DNA of 64,000 bases, taken from assembly GCA_013239625.1 (NCBI GenBank), contig MU053574.1:62001-126000 (forward strand). Direction: 5' to 3'. A program made the position numbers and the translations under genes. Below, piece after piece: positions 1 to 43,883 of the stretch; the stretch's first letter is position 1, and the number at the start of each line of letters is the position of its first letter. The DNA comes from Lama guanicoe. Taxonomy: Eukaryota. The notes beneath the pieces are model-generated. The model saw only the letters and a list, made by a program, of their open reading frames with translations. It was not told the origin of the DNA and ran no database searches.

Positions 1-389
1 ACCAGCCACCGAGGTGAGTTTCCAGGGCAACTGGTACCTCTGCCAAGGGGCTGGGTAGGTCACGGCCAGGGCCCTCGACTTCCTCCCTTCATGTCAGAAC
101 AGGTTGAAGGAGTTTGACTGGGAGCTGCCGGCGAGGCTCCATCTCCCGTTCTGGGTGTGAGAAAGGAGGCAGGGGACATGCTGCCAGGGGTACCCACGTG
201 TGCCCACCCGGCCGGCCTGTCTGCCTGCCCCCTGCCCGCCCAGGCGGGGTTGGGTGGCTGGGGATTGTCCTAGGGGCCCCTGTTCCTACGCTGCTTCTCA
301 GATTACAAAACTTTTGTGCGTTGCTTTATCGTCTGCTCTCCTGAGAACGCCGAGAGCCGGATGGTGGTGGTGTTACTACTACTGTTTTT

Positions 390-490
390 GTTATCATCAT
401 CCCCATCTTCCTGATGGAGAAACTGAGGCTCAGGGAGGTGAAACTGAGGCTAGGAAGGTCCACAGCAGGGACTTGAGCACAAACCTAGAC
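390..490. mobile_element. MIR SINE remnant
   Basis: CCCCATCTTCCTGATGGAGAAACTGAGGCTCAGGGAGGT core; similar MIR cores near 5.7, 8.3, 8.7, 10.0, 16.7, 24.5, 27.7, 41.9 and 61.7 kb. Confidence 0.7.
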
Positions 491-2109
491 TCTAAATTTG
501 AAGAGTTTCCCAAACCTGCAGGCCCCCTCCTCGGTGGTGTGTGCCAGTGTTCCACCAGTGTGGGCTCTGGGAGGGACAGGAGCCCCCCGCCCCCGTCTCC
601 GACTGTTTCCCTTCCTAACCTTCCCCTCTTACTCTCAGGTTTCAGGCTCAGTTGCAGAGGCTTAGGCTCTATTTCCACCTGTTTGTGTCCCCTTCAGTTT
701 CTCTTCCTCTCTCCTCCCCTGCACCCCAACCCCAGGCCCTTTGGGGATTGGTGGCCATTGGGGGTATCAGGGACCCCTCAGGGTGCTGGGCACTAAGCGC
801 CCTGGGAGTGGAGAACAGAGTGGCCCCTGGTCTCCCTGTGGACAGTGTTTGTCATGGTGACCTTGGACTTGGGATGCAGTCCTCTGAGGGCCCCCCTCAG
901 CATCCCCAGAGGTAAAGTCAGGGGCCGTGAGCACACCTCTCTAGGGGGGACAGGGAGGCCCCACAGCGAGCTGCCAGCATCTTACTCCTGAGCCACTTCC
1001 ACAGCTCCCAGCGTTGATTCATCTTGTTCTGGTTGCCCTGGGACAGAAACACCCCGTGAGGACATAGATTTCGGATGATGATGTCAGGTCCCTCCACCCA
1101 GGATGGTCTCCTGGCCGTTTGGAGGCTTCATTTCCCGCCTCCTGACATCTCTGAGCTTGGCCTCCAGCCGGTAGGGACTCCCCCTTCTCCCAAGGAGGAG
1201 GAGGGCCCTGGAAGTTCCCAGGACCCCAGCCGCACAGGAGGTGGGGCTAAGCCGGGCCCTCCCGCTGTGCCAAGAACTCCCACGCTCAGCCCAGGTGCCT
1301 CACCTCCTGCCAAGGTGTGTGCTCACCCGCCCACAGAGGCCACCCTGGGACCCAGGCAGCCAGGAATGGTGACGTCAGGTCAGGGAAATGCCCAAGGAAC
1401 CTGGCCAGGCCACACTCCCTCCATGAACTCCCCAGGCTCTAAATATAGACCACAAAAGACAGAGCGGGGTGACCTCCACCTGCCCAGTGAGAGATGGAAA
1501 GTGTTCCATCAAGGCCCGACCTGAGTCTGGGTACCTGACTGCTGTTTCTCACTGGGCCCCCAGCTGCCTCCATCACCTTGGTTGAGCCCAGGTTGGAGGA
1601 GGTGATGGCCGAGGCCCTTGTCACCTGGACATTGCCTTGAGCCCATTCACTCTGAGCCACTGTGTGCCTGGCAGGCCTCCCCAGAGCTGCACCCTCGGCC
1701 CAAACCCCATTCCCTGGGACCCTGTGAATCATCTATCATGTGCAGGGCAAAGAGGTGGGTGCAAAGTGGGAGGACTGGGCCAGGCAGAGAGGGGCTGGCG
1801 TGAGGCTCTGGGGATTGCAGCGGTTCTGTGTGAGCCTAGCCGGGTGTGGCAAGAGAGGACCCAGAGGTGCACGCTGAGGTCACTGTTGGTCTTTTGTCTT
1901 GGGGTCTTGCATCAGGGGGACCAATGGGATGACAGTGGGAAGGAGATGGGGCCCCAGAGGTCTGGCCTGAGCACATCTTAACCTGGAGGTGCGAGTGAGG
2001 GGAGGCCCAGTGGGGTCTACGGCAAACCCACGAGCACATGGCCCGGCTGGAGAGGGCAGCACCCGTCAGCTCCCGCCCAGCCTCCTGTCTTGCGGGAAAG
2101 AAGACCCTG

Positions 2110-2255
2110 CTTGGCTGGGTTGTCCGGAGTTACAGGAGCAGCGGGAAATGTGGATTTTTAGATGAAATCACCTGACCTTTTATTGTTGGCTCCAAAATTG
2201 AAAAACACTTTGCAAGCCAAACAAAACACACGTGTGGGCTAGATTAGGCCTGGTT
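2110..2255. mobile_element. hAT-Charlie (MER103-like) remnant
   Basis: GGATTTTTAGATGAAATCACCTGA...GCCAAACAAAACACACGTGTGGGC. Confidence 0.5.
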
Positions 2256-4419
2256 CCCTTCCCGACTGTCAACTAGAAACTTGTCTGTTAAGCTTCCTGT
2301 GTTTAGAAGGATTGCGCTGGCGGCAGCGGTCTGTACAACCATGTTCTCCAGGGCTGCTTGTGCCCCACCCCGGGGAAGGGCAGATGCGCTCCCCAGGAAA
2401 AGGCTGGGAACCTGGGATGGCTGGGGGTGGGGTGAGCTGGGAGCAGGAGGAGGGAGGCAAGGAGGGACACCAGTTTGTAAAGCGCCACACTCCCTACGGT
2501 GCTTTGTGCTCTCTCTTCCTCCCAGCGGACCCTCCAAGGGCCAGGGTTGGCATAGTCTTGATTTCAGCCTCACCTGAGGTCCCCAGGGCTGTCTCCAGCC
2601 CCATCTGAACTGCATGGTTCAGTTTCCCAGCTGCCCACGGCCTCGGGCCGTGTGTGTTGTAAGCCCCCAGACCCTGGTGTTGTAAGGATGCTACAAGTGC
2701 CCCAGGTGCGGAGTGAGGGACTCGGGAAATGGTGATGCTGGCCGGGTGTCGCACTGGCCCCGGGTCTGGAGAGTGTTGCCCTTCCTCCGTGATGGCTGGG
2801 AGCCTTGGCAGCATCAGAGAGTGAGTCGCAAACTCTGTTCTTTTTCTTTTTTTGGAAAATTCCAAATAGACATTAAAGTAGGGAAAATCTCAGAAGGGTA
2901 CACAGCGGACTGACCACCAGTGCGGGGCCACTCTTGTGTCTTCTCTTACGGGACCCACGTCCTGCCCTCCTTCCCAGAGCAGACGATCTTTATATAAATC
3001 CCAGGGACGAGTTCCATCCATCAGTATTTTAATATGTTACTCTAACAGTAACTGAAATCCCACCATCGCACTCCAGAACTGATGTCAGCTATGTCCAGTA
3101 GTGTTCAAACAACCCCAGTTGTTTCTTAGGGCTTGTTTTTTGGTTTTTTTTTTAACAGTTACCCTTTTCAAATCACAATTCAGAATCCACTGCATTTGGT
3201 TACTATCTCTCAACTTTCTTTTAGTCTACAGTTTCTCCTTGTTTTTTTCCCCTGAAATGTATCTGTTGAAGAAACTGAGCGATTCGTCCTGTGCTGATTC
3301 CCAGTGTGGAATTCGTGGGGATGCATCCTCACGTGTGCTTAACACGGTCCTCGGTCCCCTGTAACTCTGCCAAATTCCTCCATGCAGAGCCTGGTTGGAT
3401 TCAGGTTAGGTTTTTGGCAAGAGCACTTCTTGGGTGGCTACGGGTTCTCCCGTTAGGTGGCGTGTTCTGTCCTGGTCCCCTCTCTGGGGGGCTAGCCCTG
3501 CCCTTGGTGAGAGGCCTACCCCACAGCTTTAGGGGAGGATGATGAGAGGAGACGCTGGAGGGCTGGGGAGAGGGCCTCGCACGCAGGAGGCGTCCGCTGA
3601 CTCGCAGCCCCTGTTGCTAACGGTGTGGGCAAAGTCTCCACCTGCCAGCCAGCCCTGGGGGTGGTTGGAGGTGCCCCACCTGTGCCGACTGAGGGTCATG
3701 CAGTAAGAAAGGGATGGAGTCAGGCTTCAACCCAGGCATTTCAGTGCCAGAACCTGTCCTTCCATGCTACACTGCCACCTGGGAACTAGGGGTGTGTGTG
3801 TGTGTACGCGTGTGCGTGCAGCTGGAGCAGGGAATAGCCTGCCAGGACCAGGGAGGGGAGCCCAAAGCAGGGGTGAACAAGGCAGGGAGGGAACCGACAC
3901 CGACCAGAGCCCCGCTCCCCGGCCCTGCCTGCTCCCACCATGTAGATGGTGCCCAGGGAGTCAGAGGTGAGGCGGCCTGGCCGACTGTGTTGTGTCTAGG
4001 GTGGTGATGAGGCTCCTCGCCTCTCCAGCCTGCTCAGGCCCTCCTAACTCCAGCCGGCTTGACCTTCAAGGTCAGAGAGGTGGTGACATTGGTGCACTCA
4101 GGAGTCACTTGGCCTCCATGGGCCCCTTTCTCCAGCTGTTAAATGGGTGTGAGCTTGCTTGTCAAGCCCCTCCCTGGGAGAAAGAGATAAAGGGACCAAA
4201 GAAAAGAGATAAAGTGAGGCAGGCAGGTGCTGGAGTCCCCAGGCACTGAGAGGAGTGGCTGGCCTAAGGCAGCAGCAGGGTCCAGGTCACCCCTCTGTGG
4301 CTCTCTGAGGACCTCCTTCCTCTAAAGACACCCTACCCACCTCACCTTCCCTTGGGGCTCCCTAAACAACCTCCCTGGCATCTCCACCCCAAGCCAAATC
4401 TACCCATCTAGCTTTAAAA

Positions 4420-4930
4420 CAAAAACAAAAACAAAAAACAAAACCCAGCATTTATCATGACATGTGCATAATTACTAAAGTATTTTAGAAAAAGGAGAAA
4501 ATTCCAAGAAGTAAAAAGGAAAAGCTGAATAGCGCCACCCAGAAACAACCACCCTTACTTTTGCAAAGTATGTCCTTCTAGTCATACGCAGGCGTGCAGG
4601 GTCGACTTCTGAAAGCATGTCCCGAATCCTGGTTTTCTGACTTCACAGTGAAAGCAGCATTTCCCTGCGTCACTGTCTTACCACGGCGTGTAACGGCGTG
4701 CAGGGTCCTGTCAGTTAGAGGGTGTCTGAGTGGATTCGTTTGGCCGAGTTGCAGTTGAGGTGTCATCGAGGTTTCCATGAACATCCTTGTATAGAAATCC
4801 AGGTCCACACCTCTGAAAGCTTCCTCAGGGTGAATTCCAAAGAGTGGGCTTGTCAGTCAGAGGGTATGAGCGTTTTTAATGCCATCCCTAGAAACCACCA
4901 AACTGTTTTCCGTGCATCTTTGTCAAGGCC
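4420..4930 (-). mobile_element. Ancient L1 (L1ME-like) remnant
   Basis: Degenerate L1 3'-end motifs (TGAACATCCTTGTA, GTCAGAGGGTATGAGCGTTTTTAA). Confidence 0.5.
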
Positions 4931-6127
4931 TTGCCTGTGCCCGATGGAGGACCACCCAGCAGGTGGCCTCACAAGTGGGTGGGAGCAGCTGGGGCCCCAC
5001 TGTCCACGGATAGCTGAGGCTTGGCACACAGTGGGTGTGCAAGATGTGCTTATGGAATATGTGGTCTGGACCCGCCCTCTCATTTTACAGGTGGGAAGCT
5101 GAGGCCCAGTGGTGTGGAACCAGTTAACCGGTTCTGGGGAGGTTGTAGCTTGCTGCTAACTGCGGCAGGGCTCTGTGAGGGCTGAGGGCGGAGCCCCAGG
5201 CCCCAGCAGTAAGTTGGTCCTGTTCATTCATCTGTCTACTTGCCTCCTCACTGGCTTCTAGAAGGAGTAGCTGAGGCTCCCTAGCTCTGCCTCCTCCCCA
5301 GCCCTCAGCATCTTCATAGCCACTCTGACCGCTTCCCTGAGACCATGAGTGCCAAGCCACCGTGGCACCAGTGAACCAGACCAGTGGCAGGTACTCAGCT
5401 GGGATCTGCCTCTCTTGACTCCTCACTCTTGTTTGTAGGCCCCAACCTGGTGATGCATGGTCTGGACTCTCCCCCTCACCCCCTGACTGCCCCTTCTCCG
5501 CAGCCTCATTTCTACCTCCTTGGGGTGGAATAGTGCCAGCAGAGGCCCCGCTCCCCCCTCCACTAAACACACACCACAACCCTCAGGACTTCCAAATGCA
5601 CATGTGCACGGAGGACCTAGTCACGGTTCCAGGATTCAGGAGCACGCAGCCAGGCACAGGCACCGGCTGAGTGCAACACGTCAGTTACCCAGTGTGATCC
5701 TCTTGGATGAAGAAACAGGCTCAGAGACGTTAAGCAACTTGCCCAAAGCCACAGAGCTGAGGAAGGGCTTAATTGGGATTTATATGAGGTGGAGACCCAC
5801 CGCTTGTCCACACGTTAACATGTACACAAGTCACACACCTACACAACTCATGCACTGCACCTGCGCACGCACCCCACAAAGTGCCTAACCGTTGCACCCA
5901 CAGCCGCGCAACACAAACTACACGTGCGTTCCGCAGCAGGCAAACGCCCAGCCCTCCCGCGGACGCGCGCGCGCAGGCGCGTACACTCGCCCTTCTGGTG
6001 TCTCTAGCCTCGCCCCTTGTCCCCGCCCCCTCCACGCTGCCGGTCCCGCCTCCGTGTGCCGGCCCCGCCCCCGGGTTGACCTCAGCGGGGCCGGGCCGCG
6101 GGCTCAGAGCTCAGGCACGAGCCGTCC

Positions 6128-28599
<22,472 letters not shown>

Positions 28600-29437
28600 C
28601 TGGTCCCTAGCTGGCCAGCCCCAGAGCCACCCTTTCCAGGGTCTGGCTGGCCGGGCAACTAAGCACTTATAGACTGCAGTGGCCCAGGCCGGCCAGGCGG
28701 GCACCTCTGCCCAACCTGCCAACCCAGGCCACCCCCAGACTCCAGTTTCACCCTGAACCTCTCCTGCTGCCGGGATTGATGCCTGTGACCGATGGGCTGA
28801 CCTGGCCTCCCGTGGACCACTCGCTGCCTTAGGTGCCTTCTGCTCTCTGGAATCAGAGGACTAGCTGACTTTTGCCAAGGAGCGCTGCCAATGGGCACGG
28901 AGCCCTGCCTGCTGCTGGGCACTGCCCTCTGTACACTTCCCTCACACCTTGCCAGGTGTGGGTTACTGCCAGCTGTGCCCGTGGGCACCCCAGGGCACCC
29001 ACTCATCCACTGGGTCTGACCACTGCAGTTCTCTCCTCGTGCCCTTGGGGGGGTCCTGGCCCCTCCTCCCACCACTCTGGCCTTTCTCAGGCTGCACCAA
29101 AGAGTCCATCATCAGGGCCAACTGAGAGTGAGGGAGTCTCACCCACTGCCCACTCCAGCCCTCCCCCGGGAGAGGAGAGAGAGACCCTCTTCATGGACCA
29201 CACTCTTAACCGGTAAGCGAGGACGGTCTCAGCTGAGGCCCACTGATGTCGAATCTCGCAATGCTGCATCCTGGGCTGTGTGAGACCACAAGGGACGGGG
29301 GTCAGTGGGGAAGGAGGCTTGGGGGGGAGGGGGCGGGGATTGAATATTTGTATAAAAGGTGAAAAGAAAATGTTTACCACTTGGGGAGGGACAATATTTA
29401 TTTGTTGTAAATAGCAAAGGCTAGACTTGAATATTAT

Positions 29438-29443
29438 ATTAAA
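29438..29443 (+). terminator. Probable RALGDS polyadenylation signal (ATTAAA)
   Basis: ATTAAA at the end of an AU-rich block about 840 nt after the stop, followed by GT/T-rich sequence. Confidence 0.65.
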
Positions 29444-31619
29444 ATTCCGTTTCTACTCTAGCCTAAGAGTTGTGGCTTGATTCTTTCATTGCCTGTGCTA
29501 ATTTAAATGAGGTGCAGACTCTCACATTTCTGTGTTCAAACAGGAAATTTTGCAGGGTTACTGGGTGGTTTTATGCAGGAGAAGTGAGAAGGGCCAGCCT
29601 GCCTGTCATGGCTCACGCAAGGAAGCACAGAAGCCCACCTGCCACAGAGCAGATGGTCACCTCAGTGTCACTAAACTGGACACCAAACTAAGACAGCCGA
29701 TCAGAACCCCTGCTATTCGAATTTGGAAGTACTCTCACATGGCATAGCAACAACCCCTGAAATGCAAGTGATTTAAAAAGTAACATTTTTAACAGAAAAT
29801 GGTGGAGTTGGGGTCAGTCTCTCCATGGAAACAATAGTTAACCTGGGGGTAAAAAACTATCAGAATCAACAAGTTGGGGGCTCTGGAACCTCATCGGACA
29901 CAGCAGCCAGGGAAGTACCTGAGGAAGGATGCTGCGACTGAACTTCAGCTGTCAAGGGAACCTCTGTCAGGTCACACACTGACCCCTGGGACAGTGGGGC
30001 AGAAGCTGCAGTGACTGCACGAGGAACACAGGCTTTGCAAAAACAGTTTAGAAGAGTCGCTGCAGAAACAGAAGGCTGCAGCCCTCAAGCAACGGAACAG
30101 CCCCAGAGGAGGGAGAAGATCTGATTTCCAGAGTTACCATATTATAATACTCAGTATCCAGCTCTCAACAAGTTACAAAGCATACAGAGAAACAGGAAAG
30201 TAGGGCTTGTTCAAGGGGGAGAAAAGAACTTGACAGAAACTCTATCTTAACATCCCTAGTCAAAGACATTAGGTCAACTGTCTTAAATATGCTCAGGGAG
30301 CTAAAAGAAACCATGGACAAAAACAAAATTTTAAAGAATCAAGAGAACAATGTAAGAACAAATAGGAAACTTAGTGAACAGATAGAAATAAAAAGGAACC
30401 GAATGGAAATTCTGGAGCTGAAAAGTTCAGTAACTGAAAGGAGAAACTTAACTAGAGGGATTCGATGGCAGATTTGAGCAAGCAGAAGAAACAATCGGTG
30501 AACTCGTAGTTAAGGCAATTGAAATTATTCTGCCTGAGGAGCAGAAAGGAAAAAGAATGAAGAAAATTGAACACACCTTGAGGGACTTTAGGGACACCAT
30601 CAAATGTAACAACATATGCATAATGAGAGTCCCAGGAGAAGAGAGGAAGGAACAGAGAGATTATATGAAGAAATAATGGCTGAAAACATCTCAAAATTGA
30701 TGGAAGACATAAATCTGCACATTAAGAAGCTCAATGAACTCCAAGCAGAATAAACTCAAAGAGACCCACCCAAGATACAGTATAACACAGTTGCTGAAAG
30801 ACAAAGAGGACATCTGGGGAGCAGCAAGAAAGAAAGAATTTGTCACAATGGGGTCCCCAATAAGATCAACAGCTGAGTTTTCTTTAGCAACCATGGCAAC
30901 CAGAGGGCAATAGGATGGCATGTTTAAAGTACTGAAAGAAGAAGAATTCTATATCCAGTAAACTATCCTTTGAGGATGAAGGGAAATTAAGATGTCGCCA
31001 GATAAACAAAGTTAGAGTAGTTTGTTATTAGTAGACCTTCCTATAAGAAATGCTAACGGGAGCCCTTCAGGCTGAATTGAAGAGCACTAGACACTCACTC
31101 AAAGCCAAATGAAAAAATAAAGAACCCTAGTAGAGGTAACCAGTAGGCAGTTCTAAAAGAGTGTATTGTTGCACTTCTGTTCGTAACTCTTCTTTTTTGC
31201 TATATGATTTAAAAGGCAGATTCATAAAACAATAGGTATAAATCTATGTTAATGGGAACAGAACGTATAAAGATGTTATCTGTGACAACAACAAAAAGAG
31301 GGCGGGATGGAGGTAACAGGGCTGTGTGTGTACTACTGAGACTAATTCGGAATTATTCAGGCTAGGCTGCTATGAGTTTAAGATGTTCACTGTATTCCCA
31401 AAGGTAATCGATAAGAAAAAGTTTTTAGGAATATGCAGGCAAGGAGGGAATCACAATGGTGCACTATTGAAAAATCAACCAGGTCCTTGAGAAGCAGTAA
31501 TGGCAGAATTGAGGATCAAAAATCATGGAGAACGAATAGCTGAATGGAAGAAGGAAATCCATGTTAGTAATCACTGTAAATATAAATGGGTTAAACTCTC
31601 CAATTAAAGGTCAGAGTTC

Positions 31620-31735
31620 AGGGGGAGGGCAGAGCTCAGTGGTAGAGCGCACGCATAATGTGCACGAGGTCCTGGGTTCTATCCCCAGCACCTCCTCTAA
31701 GAATAAATAAATAAACCCGATGGCCCCCTGAAAAA
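31620..31735 (+). mobile_element. tRNA-derived SINE inserted in L1 ORF2 remnant
   Basis: AGCTCAGTGGTAGAGCG...GGTCCTGGGTTCTATCCCCAG followed by an A-rich tail. Confidence 0.85.
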
Positions 31736-32338
31736 GTTGGCGTTTGACAAAGTGGATTTTTAAAAAACATGACCTATCTACAAAGATACAAAAAGTCTGA
31801 AATAAAAGGATGGAAAAGATATTCTCTAAAAATAGCAAACAGAAGATAGCTTGGTGGCTATGTTATTATCAGACACAATAGACTTTAAGTCAAAAAGGTA
31901 ACAAGAGAAGAAGACAGTACTGATGTGAAAGTTCCATCCATCTAGAAAGCAGCAATTGCAAACACATCCCCAGAACACATGAATCGAAAACGATGTAATT
32001 GGAGAGAAAAGGAGACAGTTGGAGACTTCAGACCTCACTTCCAATAATGGCTAGAACAACCAGACGGAAGACCAGGAAGGAAACAGGGAGTGAACAGCAC
32101 AGTAAGTCAGGTCAGACCCGGCGGCCATGTGCGGAGCGCGACAGAGAACACGCCTTCTTTTCAAGGGCATGTGGTGCCTTGGTCGGTGTAGACTGCATGT
32201 TAAACTGTGGAACAAGTCTTAATAAATTTTAAAAGCTTGGAGTCAAAGTATCTTTTCCAATCACAGTGGAATAAAAACAGAAATGAACAGGAGACGGGAC
32301 GCTGGAGTACTCGTAAGTGGAGATTAAACAGCACTTTT

Positions 32339-32463
32339 CGGGGGGAGGAGAATTAGGTTTATTATGTAATTAATTTATGTTTCAACAGAGGTACTGGGGA
32401 TTGAACCCAGAACCTCGTGCATGCTAAGCACACGCTCTACCACTGAGCTATACCTTCCCCCTC
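32339..32463 (-). mobile_element. tRNA-derived SINE inserted in L1 remnant
   Basis: GGGGATTGAACCCAG...CTACCACTGAGCTATA on + strand. Confidence 0.85.
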
Positions 32464-33769
32464 AAAACAGTCTTTAACAATCAGTGGATCAAAGAAGAAA
32501 TCACCAGGGGTATTAGAAAATTCCTTGAGATGAATGAAAACAAAAATGCTATGTATCAAAAAACTTACGGGATCTAGTGAAAGCAGTGCCAAGAAGAAAT
32601 TTCACCTACATTAAAAATAAGGAAAGCGTTCAAATCAGTGACCTAACTGTACACCTTAAAAAGCTAGGAAAATAGCAGACTGAACCCAAAGCTAGCTGAA
32701 GGAAGGAAGTAGTAAAGATTACAGTGCAGGGCTGTGCATCCTTGGCCCCGACCCAGGCCCCGTGATCGACCCTTTACCTCCTGGAACCCTTGTCTCTGGC
32801 CTCAAAATTCCTTTTCCTACAGCTTTTATGTTTGGGAGAAATATTTGTGGTGCAGCTTTTAAGGCTACAGCTGGCCTCATTCCTTAAGCATTTCTGCTAC
32901 TTGTGAACTAGAATTTCCAGCAACTCTAGGATTTTCTGCAACTCTTTCTACAATTGATTTCACCCAGAAACTCACTAGAAGACCCCCTGCCCCTCTCTGT
33001 CAGGCACAGGGTGGCCGTTCATCCTCGCTGGCGTCCGATGAATCCAGGGTAAGTGCTGTTTTGCTGGCGTAAGGGTGCTGACTCCTGCCAGTGAAGGAAC
33101 CCTACACCATCCCTCTCTGGCCAAGGTGAAGTCAGAGCCATGTGGTTCTGAGGCCCACTGTCTTATGCAGTCACCAGTTTTCAGATGCAGCCGTGTTGGT
33201 ACCGACTTTGTCCTGAAGGGTAGCTGGGCAGGTGCCCTTAGAGCTTGCAGCCCCCCCCAGATGCTGTGTTCTTTGTCCAAGTTTGTTTTGGTTATGTCAC
33301 AGGGAGGTGGGTGCTTTGAATCTTTTCCTTGGGGAAGGTTGCAATATGGAGCATGGGGGCAGGGGAGGGGGCTGCCACCAAGACTCCCAGCCCATGGGCG
33401 TGCTTGGGCACAGCCTTGCCACTGAAATACTGAAGCACCTTTCATCGCGGTGGTAAACAGACTGTCCCGAGCTCACCCACGCGTTTCCCCTGGGCTTCAC
33501 CACGAGAGGAGCTAATACAGTTAATGCTTGGCCCCGCTGGGAGCCTCCAGGACCCTGGACAGCCTCCAGCCTGCAACTGGTATTTTCAGCTTTGTCCCCA
33601 AGATCAGCTTTTAAAGGCAAGAGCCAGGTGAAAATAAGATGTCCCCACGCTGTCTCAATGGTGTCACCCAGGCCCACAGCAGGGCTCGCCTCTGCCAGGG
33701 AGGCCTTCTCCGTGCAGCCCAGGGACTGAACACAACCCCGGATCCTGGCCATTCTGATGCACCCCAGCT

Positions 33770-33868
33770 GGTGGGCGGGAACATAGCTCAGTGGTAGAGC
33801 GTGTGCTCAGCATGCATGAGGTCCTGGGTTCAATCCCCAGTACCTCCATTAACAGCAACAACAGCAAA

Positions 33869-33915
<47 letters not shown>
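33770..33915 (+). mobile_element. tRNA-derived SINE with microsatellite tail
   Basis: TAGCTCAGTGGTAGAGCG...GGGTTCAATCCCCAG then (AAT)n. Confidence 0.85.
33869..33910 (+). repeat. (AAT)14 microsatellite
   Basis: Perfect trinucleotide run in the SINE tail. Confidence 0.95.
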
Positions 33916-35121
33916 TAGCAGTGGGGAAGCCTGGGTTCTGATGCAGCCCAGGCACCCGGGGATATGATGTCCTGAGTGACAGACACAGCTGTGCTTTCCC
34001 CCAGCAAGGGAGAGAAGTGCCACGTCCCAGGACTGGCCAGGCCCAAGGAGGCTCCGAGAGTGGACCCAGCAGGTAGAAACACCTAGAGTCACCAGGTGCT
34101 GATGTGGTGGAGGAGGGCGTGTTGCACCCTTGGGCTCCGTCACCTAAGAGCAGGGACAGCTGCCGGGAGAGCGCGCGCTGCTGCGGGGGTCTTTCACGAA
34201 ACCTGAAGGCCCTTGGCCAAGCCGGGGAGTCCAGGGCAGTGGCCCCAGGCCAGCCTGCGGTTTCCCCTGCTCCACCACCCCCACCCTCCCCCACTGCAGG
34301 ACTCACTCCCCCCCACCTAGGTCTTCTGTCTGCGGCTGGAGAGGGAAAGTGGTCAGAGGGCCCCTGGTGCTGCTGCCCCTCCCACCCCAGGCTGAGCTGC
34401 TCAGGACTCTGGACTCTCTTTTCTGAGCCCTCACCCCCACCCCACAGAGACTAAAGAATGGGTAACGGGAAGGGAAGATGCCCGACATTGCTGTGAGCAC
34501 TGGCTTTGGGGTCTCTGGGTTTGAATCGTGCTCTGATGACCTTGGGCATGTGCCCAGGGCCAGGCTCCCAGACGTCCCAGCTCTGACTTCTGCCTCCCAC
34601 CCCCTACCTCTGCCAGAGCCCAGGGCCCAGCCTCTCACATCCTTTGCTTCTGACCTTCCAGTGTGATGTTTTCTCCTTTCATTGATATGGATCCAGCTGG
34701 AGGCAGAATCTGTCTCTCTTCCCAGACCATAGTTGGAACACAGAGGTCCCTCCCCACACCCAGAGGACCTGGATGTGGCTGGACTCACTGGTCCCGAGGA
34801 GGCCTCCGCCTGCAGAGCCCAGCTGTCCTCGTGCCTGCGGCTGCCGCCACCCTTGCCCACCCTTTGGGGCAGAGCCCAGCCCCTCGGAGCCAGCAGACTT
34901 GCATGGAGGGATCGACACCTGAATCCCAGTCCTGGCTCTGACGTTTCACTGCTCCAAATCTGTTTCCTCCTCTGTAAAACGAGGATGGTCCTGTCGGCTT
35001 TCTGGAGCTCGAGGACTGGCAGATCATGGGGAAATGCGTTAGCCCTGGCACCTGATGCTATAACCACAACTGAGAGCCCCCTGCCTCCAGCAAAGAAAGA
35101 CTCCAGACAGAAGGAAGAGGC

Positions 35122-35127
35122 TTTATT
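35122..35127 (-). terminator. CEL polyadenylation signal AATAAA
   Basis: TTTATT on + strand, about 70 nt after the CEL stop codon. Confidence 0.85.
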
Positions 35128-35194
35128 CGGGAAGAGCTCAGGAGGGAAGGTGGGCCCCGGGGTCCCACCCTGTGGCCTCTGGAGGCCGAGGACC

Positions 35195-43831
<8,637 letters not shown>

Positions 43832-43876
43832 GGTGTGTGTCTGCCTGTATGTGGCCCTCCCTCTTGGCCTGCGGGA

Positions 43877-43883
43877 ATTTATG
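43877..43883 (-). promoter_or_regulatory. CEL TATA-like box (CATAAAT)
   Basis: ATTTATG on + strand, about 46 nt upstream of the ATG; fits a short 5' UTR. Confidence 0.75.

Larger units (their letters stand above)
29790..32725 (+). mobile_element. Degraded L1 fragment: 5' region, ORF1 and start of ORF2 endonuclease
   Basis: A-rich; ORF1-like MLRELKETM...EILELKSSVTE; endonuclease motif ITVNINGLNSPIK near 31570-31610; many stops and frameshifts. Confidence 0.85.

Noticed and set aside
2260..2440. ACCATG at 2341 followed by a GTGAG donor as an extra RALGDS coding first exon
   Set aside because: The nearby donors give phase 1 or 2, incompatible with phase-0 exon 2; it could at most be non-coding or regulatory.
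29790..32725. Active L1 or domesticated L1 ORF
   Set aside because: Heavily interrupted by stops, frameshifts and SINE insertions; no reverse transcriptase domain is present.
33664..34306. ORFs with poly-Leu, poly-Ile and poly-Tyr runs
   Set aside because: They are translations of the (AAT)14 microsatellite and SINE in different frames.
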